The position numbers and the translations under genes were made by a program. DNA of 63,307 nt, the filler included, from Alcyonidium flabelliforme (taxonomy: Eukaryota), in NCBI GenBank assembly GCA_026167845.1. It is 46 parts of 46 records of this genome, joined end to end, with 100 filler letters (N's around TTAATTAATTAA, not from the genome) between each part and the next. Parts side by side here need not be neighbours in the genome. Positions count along the whole stretch, not along the records: positions 34,025 to 35,292 come from JAOQFJ010000191.1; positions 35,393 to 36,656 come from JAOQFJ010000192.1; positions 36,757 to 38,017 come from JAOQFJ010000193.1; positions 38,118 to 39,377 come from JAOQFJ010000194.1; positions 39,478 to 40,736 come from JAOQFJ010000195.1; positions 40,837 to 42,085 come from JAOQFJ010000196.1; positions 42,186 to 43,434 come from JAOQFJ010000197.1; positions 43,535 to 44,782 come from JAOQFJ010000198.1; 38 more parts are not named here. One strand, 5' to 3'. Shown piece after piece: positions 33,925 through 45,435 of this stretch (the stretch's first letter is position 1; the number at the start of each line of letters is the position of its first letter). The notes below the pieces were generated by a model. That model saw nothing but the letters and a program-made list of their open reading frames with translations, did no database searches and was not told the origin of the DNA.

Positions 33925-34024
33925 NNNNNNNNNNNNNNNNNNNNNNNNNNNNNNNNNNNNNNNNNNNNTTAATTAATTAANNNNNNNNNNNNNNNNNNNN
34001 NNNNNNNNNNNNNNNNNNNNNNNN

Positions 34025-35292
34025 AGAAGCCATAGAACTTTAATTTATGCAAAAGTATATAATGATCAAGGGTATCAAATGCTTTTGATAAGTCACAAAA
34101 AATAGTAATGGGGTTTTTATTTTCATCTAAACATTTGTAAATTCGGTCTATAAGTTCAGTTATGGCAAGTTCAGTGGAATGATTTTCGCGAAATCCATAT
34201 TGAGAATTGAAGAAAAGATGATTTTGAGAAAAGAATTCATAAACTTGATTATAAACAATTTTTTCGAAGATTTTGGAAATAACAGGAAGAATAGATATTG
34301 GTCTGTAACTATTAAGGCTATTAACATCAAGATTATTATTTTTATAGATTGGTATAACTTTTGCTATTTTAAGTTGATCAGGAAAGGTACCGGTATTAAG
34401 AGACTGGTTTATTATTGTTGTAATGGGTTTAATTAGAAATTTAGAACATTTTTTTAAAATTATACTATTGATACCGTCAGATCCACAACTTGATTTTGAT
34501 TGAAGACCAGAAATTATTTTGGAAACAGTGTCAAATTGAACATTTGTAAAATGAAAAGTGTTATTAATTTTTTGAGAGAGATATGAATTAAATGGTCTTT
34601 TAGTCATGGTATCAATACGGGTGGCATATTCAGATCCAATGTTGACAAAAAAATTATTGAAACAATTAGCTATCTCTTTTTTATCAGTTATACATATATT
34701 GTTTTTGTCATTAATAAAATCTGGGAGAACGTTTTTTGCTGTATTGTTTTTAATTATTGAGCGAATACTTTCCCAGGTTTTTTTAAGATTATTATTGTAT
34801 TTATTGAAAATACGTTCATAGTAGGTACATTTGGCACGGTTGATAGCTGACTTAAGTATAATATTGTATTGTTTTAAATGATCATTTAGAGTGAATCGTG
34901 CTGGATTATTTAACGGGAGTTTTCTAATTTTTTTATATAGTTTGTCTCTTATTCGAATTGAATTTAAAATTCCTGAGGTAATCCAATCACTTAGTTTATG
35001 TTTATGTTTATTGAATTTTACGGTCTGTTCGGGACAGTTTTTTGCTTTAAGGTCTTGTAGGGTTTCGTTCAGTCTATTGAAATTAACATTAGGATTAAAG
35101 TTAGGGTCTTCGTTAATTAGTAAATCAAAGTTTGTATTTTCAACATCTTTTATGAAACTCATCTCAGAATCTTTGGTAAAACCAGAAATTTTGGTGTATT
35201 TTGGTTGGTGAGGAAGACGGTTAATAATATTGAAAGAAAGGAAAACAGGACAGTGATCAGAAATGTTGCTCAAAAGAATTCCAGCATTAGAA
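34025..35292 (-). mobile_element. LINE ORF2 fragment (end of endonuclease to RT domain)
   Basis: SDHCPVF, LKIAKVIPIYK, YRPISILPVISKIFEK, QYGFR, FCDLSKAFDTLDH. Confidence 0.95.
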
Positions 35293-35392
35293 NNNNNNNN
35301 NNNNNNNNNNNNNNNNNNNNNNNNNNNNNNNNNNNNTTAATTAATTAANNNNNNNNNNNNNNNNNNNNNNNNNNNNNNNNNNNNNNNNNNNN

Positions 35393-36641
35393 TAGTAGAG
35401 CACCATCACAGAAAACTGTCAAATAGGGGAGCCGTGATTTTCCCAAGATATACAGACAGTCTGTATATGCTGCACTATGTGGGTGAAAAGCCTCAGAGCT
35501 TGAAAGAAACCGTTTCCCAAACCAATTCAGTAATGTCCAAGAATATATATTATATTTTGTACACATTACGCATCATTCCTGTTACAAGTGCTACAGTTGA
35601 ACGATCGCACTCTGTTTTGAAATTTGTTAAAACGTATAGACGAAGTAGAAAATCACCAGACAGATTAAATGCTCTGTTACTTTTATATGTCCACAAAGAT
35701 ATTAACCTAGACTATGAGCGTATCATAGATAGATTTGCCAATAAAAAGCCCAGAAGAATGCTTATGGTTAATCCTGTTGCCGACTGAATCATTATTATTT
35801 ATCCAGAGTGTGTCCTGCATTCAGGTTGTTTCCTCATGGCTGTCCGTACTCGGTATATTGTTACCAATTAATACCTGTATCTAGTTATGATATAAGTTCG
35901 TGTTAACTGATGATAAGTTATCATCAGTTTGTACACACTGCTCACCATTATTGTTACAAGTGCTACTTGTATATAAAGATTATAAGTTATATTTTGTTGT
36001 TCTTTAAAATAAAATAAACGTATGCTGAAAACAAAAATAGTTGTTAAATTATATGTCCCTTCTCAAGAAGAACCAGCAGCAAATTGGTGGACAATTATCG
36101 AAGTGGTTGATTTGGACTGTGATTTAAATAATTTCTTGCAGTAAATGTACCGATTACGTTACAGAAATGACAGAAAGATATAGACAAAAAGCGAAACATG
36201 TTAATTTTATTGTCTATTATTAACCAGTACAATGACAATGCATGCCTCTTTAGTAATTCTAAGGTAACGTGATAAAACCTCCATTTCAATACTGCATGAG
36301 TAAAAAATATGAATTCAAAATAATTATACTGAAGGTTTAGGTAAAATCTACAAATAATTAAAAGCTGAATGTGCAGCCCTGCATGTAGACTGGCCACAGT
36401 ATCTCTTGGATAAAATTTGTGTTTTTTTTTCTTTAAATTAATTAGTCTTAACAATAATAATTTATGTTTAAATGTATAAAAAGGAGCGCAGAGTGTCAGG
36501 GAAAAAGAGTCTCTGATTACAGGAAAACGCACCAAATATTCAAAAAATTTCCGGGGGCCAGCCTCCGGACCCCCTACTTTCGCTTGCCCTCAAATGCCTT
36601 TTTCCACGACCCCCTTCAGGAAAATCCTGGATCCGCCACTG
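35393..36641 (+). mobile_element. hAT transposon right end: C-terminal dimerisation domain (to 35787) and terminal repeat (36627-36641)
   Basis: IPVTSATVERSHSVLKFVKTYRRS..DRLNALLLLYVHKD..IIDRFA; CTGGATCCGCCACTG resembles a hAT TIR. Confidence 0.85.
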
Positions 36642-36756
36642 TGATACAGTTTGTCGNNNNNNNNNNNNNNNNNNNNNNNNNNNNNNNNNNNNNNNNNNNN
36701 TTAATTAATTAANNNNNNNNNNNNNNNNNNNNNNNNNNNNNNNNNNNNNNNNNNNN

Positions 36757-38017
36757 GTAGGGATAGCTTTAAAGGTACCAAAGATCTAGTTTAGTAATAA
36801 ATATTAATTAAGTCCTACTTATTAGCGAGGACTTAGTACTCCTTTATTAATTCTTTATTCTTTTACTTTTACTATCGAATAAGCTCTCGGATAAGAGATT
36901 TAGAGATAGGGGTAGAGGTAAGTAGATTATTAGATCCTAATATAAGAGTAGTAATAGTTATATTATATTAAGCTAGTTCTTATAGGGTATCCGGAGATTT
37001 ATTACTAAGGGCCGGTAGGGTAGGTTTAGTGATAGTACCCTAGATAAGCTTAATATAGATCTTATTATTTCCCGAAGGGATATATATAACCTATACTACT
37101 ATTAGACGAAATTGGATTCACCCTTAAGCTTTAGCACAATTTTTATGATATCGGACTCCTTCTATCGATCGAAATCGTACGGTGTCGATATAATATATAG
37201 GGATAACGGTTAAACGGGATTAAACGGTTATAATAAAAGGGTGATAGGGTTAACGAATGGTCTCGGCGTGAGAATGATCTAGTCGAATAGCCTTTTTGAC
37301 GGTCGTAAACCATACACAAATGATGTAAATAGATGAAATCTAGATGTAGATGAAATAGTGAGTTCTGATTAGTCCAATCAGAATGAAAATTGCTCGGAAG
37401 CGGGGTGCAGATCGAAGCCTCGATCTGGAAAACTCTGCTGCGGGCCCACACAGAGTTTTCTTGGCGTGACGCAACTTCGCCAAGAAGTGAGGTAAAAACG
37501 GGGAATTGAAGCTTATTGTAAGATAGAGGCTTCAAAGACAGGCGCTCATAACCTGATAGAGACAGACTATAGGGAAAGGTAGTGTGCTCTAGAAAATAGA
37601 TAGATGCGTGAAGAAGAGAAGAAACTATCTACAGGTGAGCTAGCTAAAGTGTGAGGGAGCATGTGAGGAGGACGCCTAGAATATTTAATATATTAATATT
37701 TTAGCCTAGACTATAGGGGATATAAGAAAGATATCTCCTTTAACTTCGAGAGCTTACCTCGTAATCTTAGGGTACGGTTTCGTCGACTATTATTCTTAGT
37801 AAAGGGAAGAGAACGGATAAGTTAATAGCTTATCTTAAGTACGTCTCTAAAGATAACTTTTCGGATTATATCCTATATTAATAAAGAATGCGAACGAACG
37901 ACTATTTCTAACGAGGTTAAGATACACTAAGGACTATTCGGGGCGTTTAGATTAAACTAAGATCGAGACACCCTATCTTATAAACTAGCTATAAACGACT
38001 ATAAATATATATATTCT
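36757..38017. repeat. RIP-degenerated fungal repetitive DNA with a less-mutated core
   Basis: Near absence of CpA/TpG and excess TpA in 36757-37110 and 37680-38017, while CpG is retained. Confidence 0.75.
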
Positions 38018-39244
38018 NNNNNNNNNNNNNNNNNNNNNNNNNNNNNNNNNNNNNNNNNNNNTTAATTAATTAANNNNNNNNNNNNNNNNNNNNNNNNNNN
38101 NNNNNNNNNNNNNNNNNAATGAAGTATAGTAACCGAATTTGGGATTATATATAACCTGGCCAGACGGTGGGAACTGGATAAGAATAGCATTAGTCACAGG
38201 GAAATCGTCCAAGTTCAAGCAAATGCGTAAACTTAACTTGGACACACAAATTGGACGGTCCTTGTTTACGCAAGTTGCTGTGAGTTTCCTTTAAGTTCAC
38301 GCATTATATTTTACCCTTGATTTACTCTCTATTCATCGTTTTCAGCCAATAAGAGCTTACTTCAGGTATAATTGAATAATTGTTTGTCCACTCAGGTATT
38401 GAATACATTTTAAACTCCTCCCCAAATTTAATAAAATAAGTGGGCTAAATCTCTCAGCATGAACTGCTTACATATGAAATCTGTACTGATAATCAGAGCA
38501 TTGTATATATCAAAGGTATATATATCCAGTATATTTTGAAGCAAACAGCCTAAATTATTTTAAATTTGCTTTTTCAACTATACAATGACATTAAACTCCA
38601 TAAAATCTTTACATTTGCTGTATTTTTATCACGTTTCTCTGTTTTAATTTTAACGAAACGCGCAGAAAATGTGTTTCGGCGCGCTCTTGTAGTCGCTGTA
38701 CAATTTTGCTGATTTCCGCGGAACCGTCGGTTCATTTTGTGTTGGACGGGGTGCCGCAGCAGAAATGGGTGACCTGAAGGTTTGATAAACGAAAGCATGA
38801 GAGTGCCTCACACGTGTTTGAGATTACCAAGCATTTAACAAATTTAAGTTGTTTCCATCGTTCCTACATGTAAACTTGACATTGAATGTAGTGCGGGCAA
38901 CTCGACAACTCGGACCAATTTCAATAAAATTCAGATAAACCATAGGCTAATACGCACCTCAAGTAGTCATGCAGTATTTAACGGTAACAAAATATAACAG
39001 TTTGTTCTCAGTGCAAGGAATAAGATAGAGTAAAGCCTAGATAAAAATGCAATTATAGACAAATGGGAATCGCTTTCTAGTGTTTTTCAGCGACAATTAA
39101 ATTCTATTCATTCAAATCATTTTGCCGTTTATTAACATAATACGACAAGTGGTCACACGGACATTTTGTAAACCTATTTTCAGTATGCCATTTATAGTTT
39201 ATCAAATTCAAGTTTGTTTGTTTTTATCTAACTTTTGTTATGTT

Positions 39245-39377
39245 ACAATATAAGAATAATATATATTAGGACACTATAAGAATAACATATATTAGGACAA
39301 TATAAGAATAACATATATTAGGACAATATAAGAGTAACCTATATTAGGACAATATAAGAATAACATTTATTAGGGCA
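39245..39377. repeat. 26-bp minisatellite, about 5 copies (ACAATATAAGAATAACATATATTAGG)
   Basis: Tandem units with no spacers, running into the contig end. Confidence 0.9.
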
Positions 39378-39477
39378 NNNNNNNNNNNNNNNNNNNNNNN
39401 NNNNNNNNNNNNNNNNNNNNNTTAATTAATTAANNNNNNNNNNNNNNNNNNNNNNNNNNNNNNNNNNNNNNNNNNNN

Positions 39478-39823
39478 GAAGACCATCAAAATCTAGCCAT
39501 ATAATTGATTTATTTTTATTTAGCTCTAAATTAGGCAAAATATCAGAAGACATTCCATACATCATTTCGATGCAATTAAGGGGTTTATTGAAATCATACT
39601 TTTTCCGGTTCCCCTCATCACCTTCAATACTTATCAATTTATTTATATGAAGGTACTTATGAAACATTAAAAAATCTGTGAAAAATTTAGAACCAAAGCC
39701 TACATAAGTATAATCACTCATAGGAAAATTAGACGAAAAACGAATCAACATATCTCGAAGCATTTTTCTTTCTATATTTTTTGCAATCCTAGTTGAGTAG
39801 TTGATTTTCCTTGAACTATTCAT
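39478..39823 (-). CDS. Putative SAM-dependent methyltransferase ('O-methyltransferase'-like orphan family; 3' truncated)
   Basis: INYSTRIAKNIERKM, YTYVGFGSKFFTDF (motif I-like), LISIE (motif II acidic), IIWLDFDG (motif IV-like). Confidence 0.75.
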
Positions 39824-39824
39824 T

Positions 39825-40736
39825 CTAACACTCGAAATCTAAGTAGTAGTCAAAAGTTAGCTTCCCAGCTTCACTTGCACTACTTGCTCCAGTTGCTTCC
39901 TTTACAAGGCTAAGCTTTTCCATTTCAACCTGATAAGAAACTGTCCCATATTTAGCTGCGCTAGCTTCCATTTTTTCTGGTCTAATAAACTCAGCTTGCT
40001 CAGTATTTGCAGCGCTGTAAATACTGACTGTTTTTGCATTGCTTATTGCTAACTCAAGGACTTGATCATTTTTTTCGAGCCTATTTTCAGCAACTTGTTT
40101 TCTCTCAGCCTCCCTTTGATTTAAGAATTTAATTACTGGTTCAATAGCTCTTATCATCAATTTATTAGCAAACCTATATACAGAGCTATCTAAGTCAACA
40201 CCGGTTTTAGTCGTTGTCCAAGGTAGCTTTGAGGAGTCAGAGGACTCAAACTCAACAACGCCTCTGAAGAATGCAAATCGGTCATGATATTTAGGTATAC
40301 TATTTGTGCCCCATAAACTTTTAAACGTTTTTTCTGCGTTTTCAACTAATCGTCCATTACAAACGATATACCAACCACCTTTTATTAAATCTTGATCTGC
40401 AACACCAGCTCTTACAGTAATATCCACACCATCATAAGTCTCTTTCAAATAAACACTTCCTAGCTCTTCAGATTGTTTAACTTTTATATCGTAATGTTCT
40501 ACTGGATCGCCATTTATAAAAATTTTTAAACCTTGGTTAATTCTCTTGAAATAAGCAATTGCAACCTCCTCTTTAAATAATCTTAGAAACTCATTATCCT
40601 CAAACTGCTCACTCACAGAAGGAAACAAGTCAACTACTTCAATATAGGTCCCTTCCGGCTTATTAGGTTTTGTAATTTCTGATAAGTTAAATTCCCACTT
40701 ATCCGCTGTCGCTGCTAGCCATTCGTTAACATTTAC
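39825..40736 (-). CDS. GHKL/MORC-type ATPase, C-terminal part (5' truncated)
   Basis: Frame open to 40736; EGTYIEV (GHKL GT motif), then GWYIVCNGRLV, FRGVVEF, LPWTTTKTGVD (S5-like domain). Confidence 0.8.
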   Translation of the reverse strand, partial: VNVNEWLAATADKWEFNLSEITKPNKPEGTYIEVVDLFPSVSEQFEDNEFLRLFKEEVAIAYFKRINQGLKIFINGDPVEHYDIKVKQSEELGSVYLKETYDGVDITVRAGVADQDLIKGGWYIVCNGRLVENAEKTFKSLWGTNSIPKYHDRFAFFRGVVEFESSDSSKLPWTTTKTGVDLDSSVYRFANKLMIRAIEPVIKFLNQREAERKQVAENRLEKNDQVLELAISNAKTVSIYSAANTEQAEFIRPEKMEASAAKYGTVSYQVEMEKLSLVKEATGASSASEAGKLTFDYYLDFEC

Positions 40737-40836
40737 NNNNNNNNNNNNNNNNNNNNNNNNNNNNNNNNNNNNNNNNNNNNTTAATTAATTAANNNNNNNN
40801 NNNNNNNNNNNNNNNNNNNNNNNNNNNNNNNNNNNN

Positions 40837-41025
40837 TATTTAGACCGAGCGGTGTTTTTTGCACGGCTTAGCGAACAAACAAATAATCTTGTACACATTA
40901 CTAAGGCTTATAAACGCGCCCATTTGGTGTGCATGGTGCTTAAGTATTTTTTAAAGGATAAACATTCAAATATGGCACCTAGTGCGCGACTTAGGACCGC
41001 TATAAAAAAAGGACTTTACGCATGA
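40837..41025 (+). CDS. Prophage hypothetical protein, C-terminus
   Basis: Open frame ending in an ATGA overlap with the next ORF. Confidence 0.5.
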   Translation, partial: YLDRAVFFARLSEQTNNLVHITKAYKRAHLVCMVLKYFLKDKHSNMAPSARLRTAIKKGLYA

Positions 41026-41264
41026 TTATTTTACAGCTTACGACGACTGAATTTTTAGGTGCTTTAACGTTTATTTCTGTATTGATGTTTGCGGCGGTGC
41101 TATTGGCCTATGCCATGGGTGGGGGTACTGTGAATGTTGATTTAGAAGTTGAGCGCCGCGTTAAGTCGCCTAATGTAGAAATTACAGGTTATCAGCCTTT
41201 TAATTTGCCGCGCGTAAAAAGCGAAATACCTATACCTAAATGCAAACCACCAAAGAGGCTTTAA
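41022..41264 (+). CDS. Small prophage membrane protein
   Basis: AAGGA RBS, one TM helix, part of a tightly coupled gene string. Confidence 0.6.
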   Translation: MIILQLTTTEFLGALTFISVLMFAAVLLAYAMGGGTVNVDLEVERRVKSPNVEITGYQPFNLPRVKSEIPIPKCKPPKRL

Positions 41265-41266
41265 TA

Positions 41267-41545
41267 ATGAGCACTGAAATAACAGCAGAGAAATTATTGA
41301 ACGCGGGCAAGTTTTATACGGCTATTGAAATAGCCCGCATTTTTGGCCAATCAACACAGCACGGTAAACGCTATATGAATAACTTAATTAATAATCCGCG
41401 CTTTGTGGTTGAGCAAATATTAACGCCCGAGCATCAAATAAAGGTACTTAGCATTGATGGCCGTAAGCAGTCGATAGATAAATTACAAAATAGTGCGCTG
41501 ATGTTTTCACGTCCTAATTTGTTGCGAGGTGCTCACAATGGCTAA
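41267..41545 (+). CDS. Prophage protein, possible HTH
   Basis: GAGG RBS before ATG 41267; YTAIEIARIFGQSTQHGKRYMNNL. Confidence 0.6.
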   Translation: MSTEITAEKLLNAGKFYTAIEIARIFGQSTQHGKRYMNNLINNPRFVVEQILTPEHQIKVLSIDGRKQSIDKLQNSALMFSRPNLLRGAHNG

Positions 41546-41954
41546 AGGTTTAGTAAGTAACGGTGATGCATTTAATAACTGGACTGTGATCGGTGAAGCC
41601 GAACGCGATGCCAAGCGCGCACAGCAATTTTTATGTAAATGTGTATGCGGCACAGAGCGTGTGGTTAAAAAGTATAACTTGGGGGTCGTTAAGGGCTGCG
41701 GTTGTGATCGCGACAGTTACACAAGTTCGGGTAAGTATGCAGGCATTAAAAAACGCCCTGCAAAGGCGAAAGCTAAACCGGTTATCTCTTTATCAATTAT
41801 GCGCCCAAATAATGACAAGGTAGAACCACCAGAAGAAAACAACACACCTCGGCCCGAGTATAAAGAGCGCCGCAAATGCACCCGCGAGTTAATAGAAGAA
41901 CGCAAAGAGCAAGCACGTTTAAATCGGTTATTAAAAGAGGAGTGGGCCTTATGA
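41538..41954 (+). CDS. Phage protein with WTV...CKCVCG...GCGC Zn-binding module (as at the N-terminus of phage HNH/AP2 proteins)
   Basis: GAGG RBS; FNNWTVIGE..FLCKCVCGTERVV..VKGCGC. Confidence 0.7.
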   Translation: MAKGLVSNGDAFNNWTVIGEAERDAKRAQQFLCKCVCGTERVVKKYNLGVVKGCGCDRDSYTSSGKYAGIKKRPAKAKAKPVISLSIMRPNNDKVEPPEENNTPRPEYKERRKCTRELIEERKEQARLNRLLKEEWAL

Positions 41955-42185
41955 GTAATCATAGTATTTCTGAAAAGTCAGAGTTTGATGCATACCAAGC
42001 CGCTGATTTAGTTCGCCACCTAAATAAAAAAGGCATTACGAGCTTAACGGCCATACGTGTTTTAAAAATTGCTGCATTAAGTATTNNNNNNNNNNNNNNN
42101 NNNNNNNNNNNNNNNNNNNNNNNNNNNNNTTAATTAATTAANNNNNNNNNNNNNNNNNNNNNNNNNNNNNNNNNNNNNNNNNNNN

Positions 42186-42991
42186 GATTTACGAGGTCTT
42201 GCGGGAGCAGAAACAGGCTGAACTAACGTGAGGTGCTTAGTTTTTGCAATTTGCACATTTAAAGACTTTGCAAGTTCTTCAAAGCTAAATACATCGCCGC
42301 AAGAATGAAACTCAACAGTTCGTTTCGTTGAGCCGTGTCTTGAACCTGGCATTCTTAGCACTCGCGCAGGGTCTTTACTCGCGCCAAGATCTACATGCCA
42401 AAGGTTTCCCCCTTTTAACTTACTCACTAAAGAAGAGGCTATATCACGCCATGCAGCAACGCGCCATTTATACGCATCAACACCGTCATACATCCAGTAA
42501 AGATGCACACCGCCAGAGCCCGATAACACATAGCCGGTTGGCAGAGGTACGCCCTGTGATTCCAGCTGATTAAATACTTCGCTTACTACTTGAGTCTCTT
42601 GCTCTTTAGAAAGCGATTTTTTGGTTTCCCTGGTAGTTCCAGCTGGCGTATTGATATCAATTTCTAACCAATTGGCATGCAGTGAAGCCAGTTGCTTTGA
42701 ATTGCGCCAATCAAAAAACTGATTAGGTGACACAAAACAGTCCATCGAGCAATCACGCCCGATAGATGCATCAAGATAGAATTGGGACAGCTTGCACGTC
42801 TTTTTACCCGATTGACGTGTACCAATAGCTCGCCAAGGCGAATTATCGTCAGCTATACGATATGACCACACATAACGGCAGTGCGCTTCCTTACCAATAC
42901 CCATCATCTGATTGAAATCAGTCGAAGGACGCTTCTGGTAATCCTGAAGCTGCCTAGTGCTTTTTAATAGACTATTCTCTGACATCACCAC
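42186..42991 (-). CDS. rep: Plasmid replication initiator, primase-polymerase (AEP)-like Rep (3' truncated)
   Basis: FVSPNQF, WLEID, VLSGSGGVHLYW, DPARVLRMPGSRH motifs. Confidence 0.75.
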
Positions 42992-43046
42992 CCGACCCCT
43001 GCCACATTGACGGAATCGAGTAGTAACGTGGGTTTGCGCTTCCCAT
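42972..43046 (-). CDS. Putative 24-aa leader peptide overlapping the rep start
   Basis: AAGGGA RBS; MGSANPRYYSIPSMWQGSGGDVRE; its stop lies just downstream of the rep ATG (42985) in another frame. Confidence 0.5.
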   Translation of the reverse strand: MGSANPRYYSIPSMWQGSGGDVRE

Positions 43047-43104
43047 AATTTCCCTTTTTTTACTTATACTTACTTCTAGTTGCTTTTATTAGGCAAAAAG
43101 GTAC

Positions 43105-43133
43105 TTGACCGGTTGGAGGGAAACGACTAATAT
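43105..43133 (+). promoter_or_regulatory. Sigma70 promoter oriented opposite to rep
   Basis: TTGACC-17 nt-TAATAT. Confidence 0.6.
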
Positions 43134-43139
43134 TTGAGG

Positions 43140-43227
43140 TGCGAATTCAATATCTAGTGCTTCCAACCGTTACCGGTTTGTTGCTACTCGAACAAATAGC
43201 CTCGTTTCTACGAGGCTTTGTTTTTTC
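43140..43227 (+). ncRNA. Predicted counter-transcribed (antisense) copy-control RNA, ~88 nt
   Basis: Lies between the promoter above and the terminator hairpin AGCCTCGT-ttct-ACGAGGCT plus T-rich tail; no ORF. Confidence 0.5.
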
Positions 43228-43231
43228 TAAA

Positions 43232-43434
43232 TCATGCCGCTACTCCGGCAAACTTTTCATTATCAATTACGAAATTTTTAATCCCCAATTTTCTTGTTAG
43301 CCTCCATGCGCTTTCAATTGTTGCAAACGTTCTTGCTTCTGGCTTATTAACCATCGCCAAAAATGCGTCTATCTCACCGTTCTGGCTGCGTACACGCATT
43401 ACTTGTTTCTTACCTTCAGAATCGGGCAGCAATG
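43232..43434 (-). CDS. Small plasmid protein upstream of rep (5' truncated)
   Basis: EARTFATIESAWRLTRKLGIKNFVI resembles small plasmid regulatory proteins. Confidence 0.55.
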
Positions 43435-44882
43435 NNNNNNNNNNNNNNNNNNNNNNNNNNNNNNNNNNNNNNNNNNNNTTAATTAATTAANNNNNNNNNN
43501 NNNNNNNNNNNNNNNNNNNNNNNNNNNNNNNNNNGTCATATTGAACGGTGAACAGAGTACGATAGTAAAAAAAAGCAATAGTTGTTCAAAAGATATATTT
43601 TACAGCACTGGGCTAACATTGTTCATATATTAGCAAAGAAGTAATTTTCTGCACAATACAAAGTACGTGACAAATTTTATATATTAAATATAATCCACTT
43701 ACTATAATGATCTATTCGATTGTACAATACTTTTATGACTACTTTGTTTTTTGTTCCAATTGTTCTTCCAAAAAAATAAATACGTGGCCTGTTGTGAGCT
43801 TTATTAAAAGGTGCATTATTACTTTCATGTTCAACTAAAAACGGAACTGTCCTAATATTGTATTATGTAATATTAGATTTTTTGTAGGTTTTTAAAAAAG
43901 ATCAATTTGCAGCGTGCCCTTCTTGGAATATATCGTAACTTTATCAATCTCTCACAGAACTAACAATATTATAGAATGTATTTTCTTAATTGTTCTTGAG
44001 TGTACAAGAAGTTGTAAAATGTAAATCCATTCAATATAAGAACTAATACAATACATTTATTAATAAGATAAAGCAGGATCTCGGCACATTTCGTCAATAG
44101 TTAGCATTGTTTCTAATAAAAACTGCGAGTCGATCTCTCTGTGCTCCTGTCTTTCTCAACACGCCATCTACGCGCGTAGTTGAAACCATGGAAGTCAGAA
44201 GGAATGATACAGTTCAGTCCTACAGACATTTATTACCTAAGTAATAAGTCTCATCATTGGTAGTAAATATTGTAATTGTTTTAATATAGTTTTATTGTCT
44301 TGCGTTGTGAAATATAGTAAACAGTATTAATGCTGCTGTGTATATCTGATTGTAAAACTCAATGGCATAAGTGCCGAATATTGCTGCAAATAAACGCGTA
44401 AAACTATGATTTCATTTTTTCAGGATCAAATTAAAAACTAGCAATAATGACATTGTCAACTGAAAAATATGTTATTTTGTGTATCGTTGTAAATATCTGG
44501 ATAGTATGTCCCGAATGTGGTATTTTTATGTTCCAATGCTTTTTCTGACGGATCCACCATGTTAAAACTATGCTATAAAGATGGCCAATGTACGCTGTAT
44601 TTTACCCAGGGAATTTAATGCTCTGGAATAAAACGGTACTGCGGAACCTGCAAAATATATGACAGTAACAGCAGCATTGATTAGATAATATATTTCTTTG
44701 CTTTTCTCAGCAGTGGCTCTATTGCTTGAAAATGATAGTATCAGGTAAGTTCCAAATGGCATGAAGAAACTTGACAACTTTGNNNNNNNNNNNNNNNNNN
44801 NNNNNNNNNNNNNNNNNNNNNNNNNNTTAATTAATTAANNNNNNNNNNNNNNNNNNNNNNNNNNNNNNNNNNNNNNNNNNNN

Positions 44883-45399
44883 GGGTCGTTTTTTTTAGCG
44901 GCTTCTCCAGCAGGGCGGTTACCCTGTCGACGTATAGCACGGCATCCTTTCCGCCGGGGCCAGCGGTGCCCTCGGTGCCATCGGTGCCATCGGTGCCATG
45001 GTCACCGGGTGGGCCTGTCGCACCTCGACCTAATTGGCGATTTTCAAGAATGGCTAACGTGCGATTAAGGTCAGCGAATCCCGTTCGCAGTTCTTTGATG
45101 TCGGCCTCACACGCGCCACGCGCATTGACGATGTCGCTGATTTGGTTGAGACCTTTGGCGTGATCGTTGAGCAGCGTTTGTATTTGCTCTTGCAGCTCCG
45201 AAAGCGGAATACCGCTTTTGGTGATGGCATCAACCGCAATTTGGAGCGAGCCAACCGAGGTTTGGAACGCCGCAATGGCCACGCCTTGCTCGCGGAGCAT
45301 GATGTCCTGCGCATCGTCGCTGACCCAATTTGCCTCAAGCGATTTGGCGGCTCCGTCCAGTGACTTGCGTAGTTGGTCGATGTCGTCTTGTAGTGCCAT
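44883..45399 (-). CDS. Phage coiled-coil protein with collagen-like Gly-X-Y repeats (3' truncated)
   Basis: Heptad-rich N-terminus, then GATGPPGDHGTDGTDGTEGTAGPGGKD. Confidence 0.7.
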
Positions 45400-45435
45400 G
45401 GCTTTGAGCCTCTTGGAAATGGTTTGCGGTTTGGT

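Noticed and set aside
39245..39377. 26-bp repeats as a CRISPR array
   Set aside because: No unique spacers between units; eukaryotic AT-rich context
44250..44782. GPCR-like membrane protein gene
   Set aside because: Only short hydrophobic frames with multiple stops; no diagnostic motif
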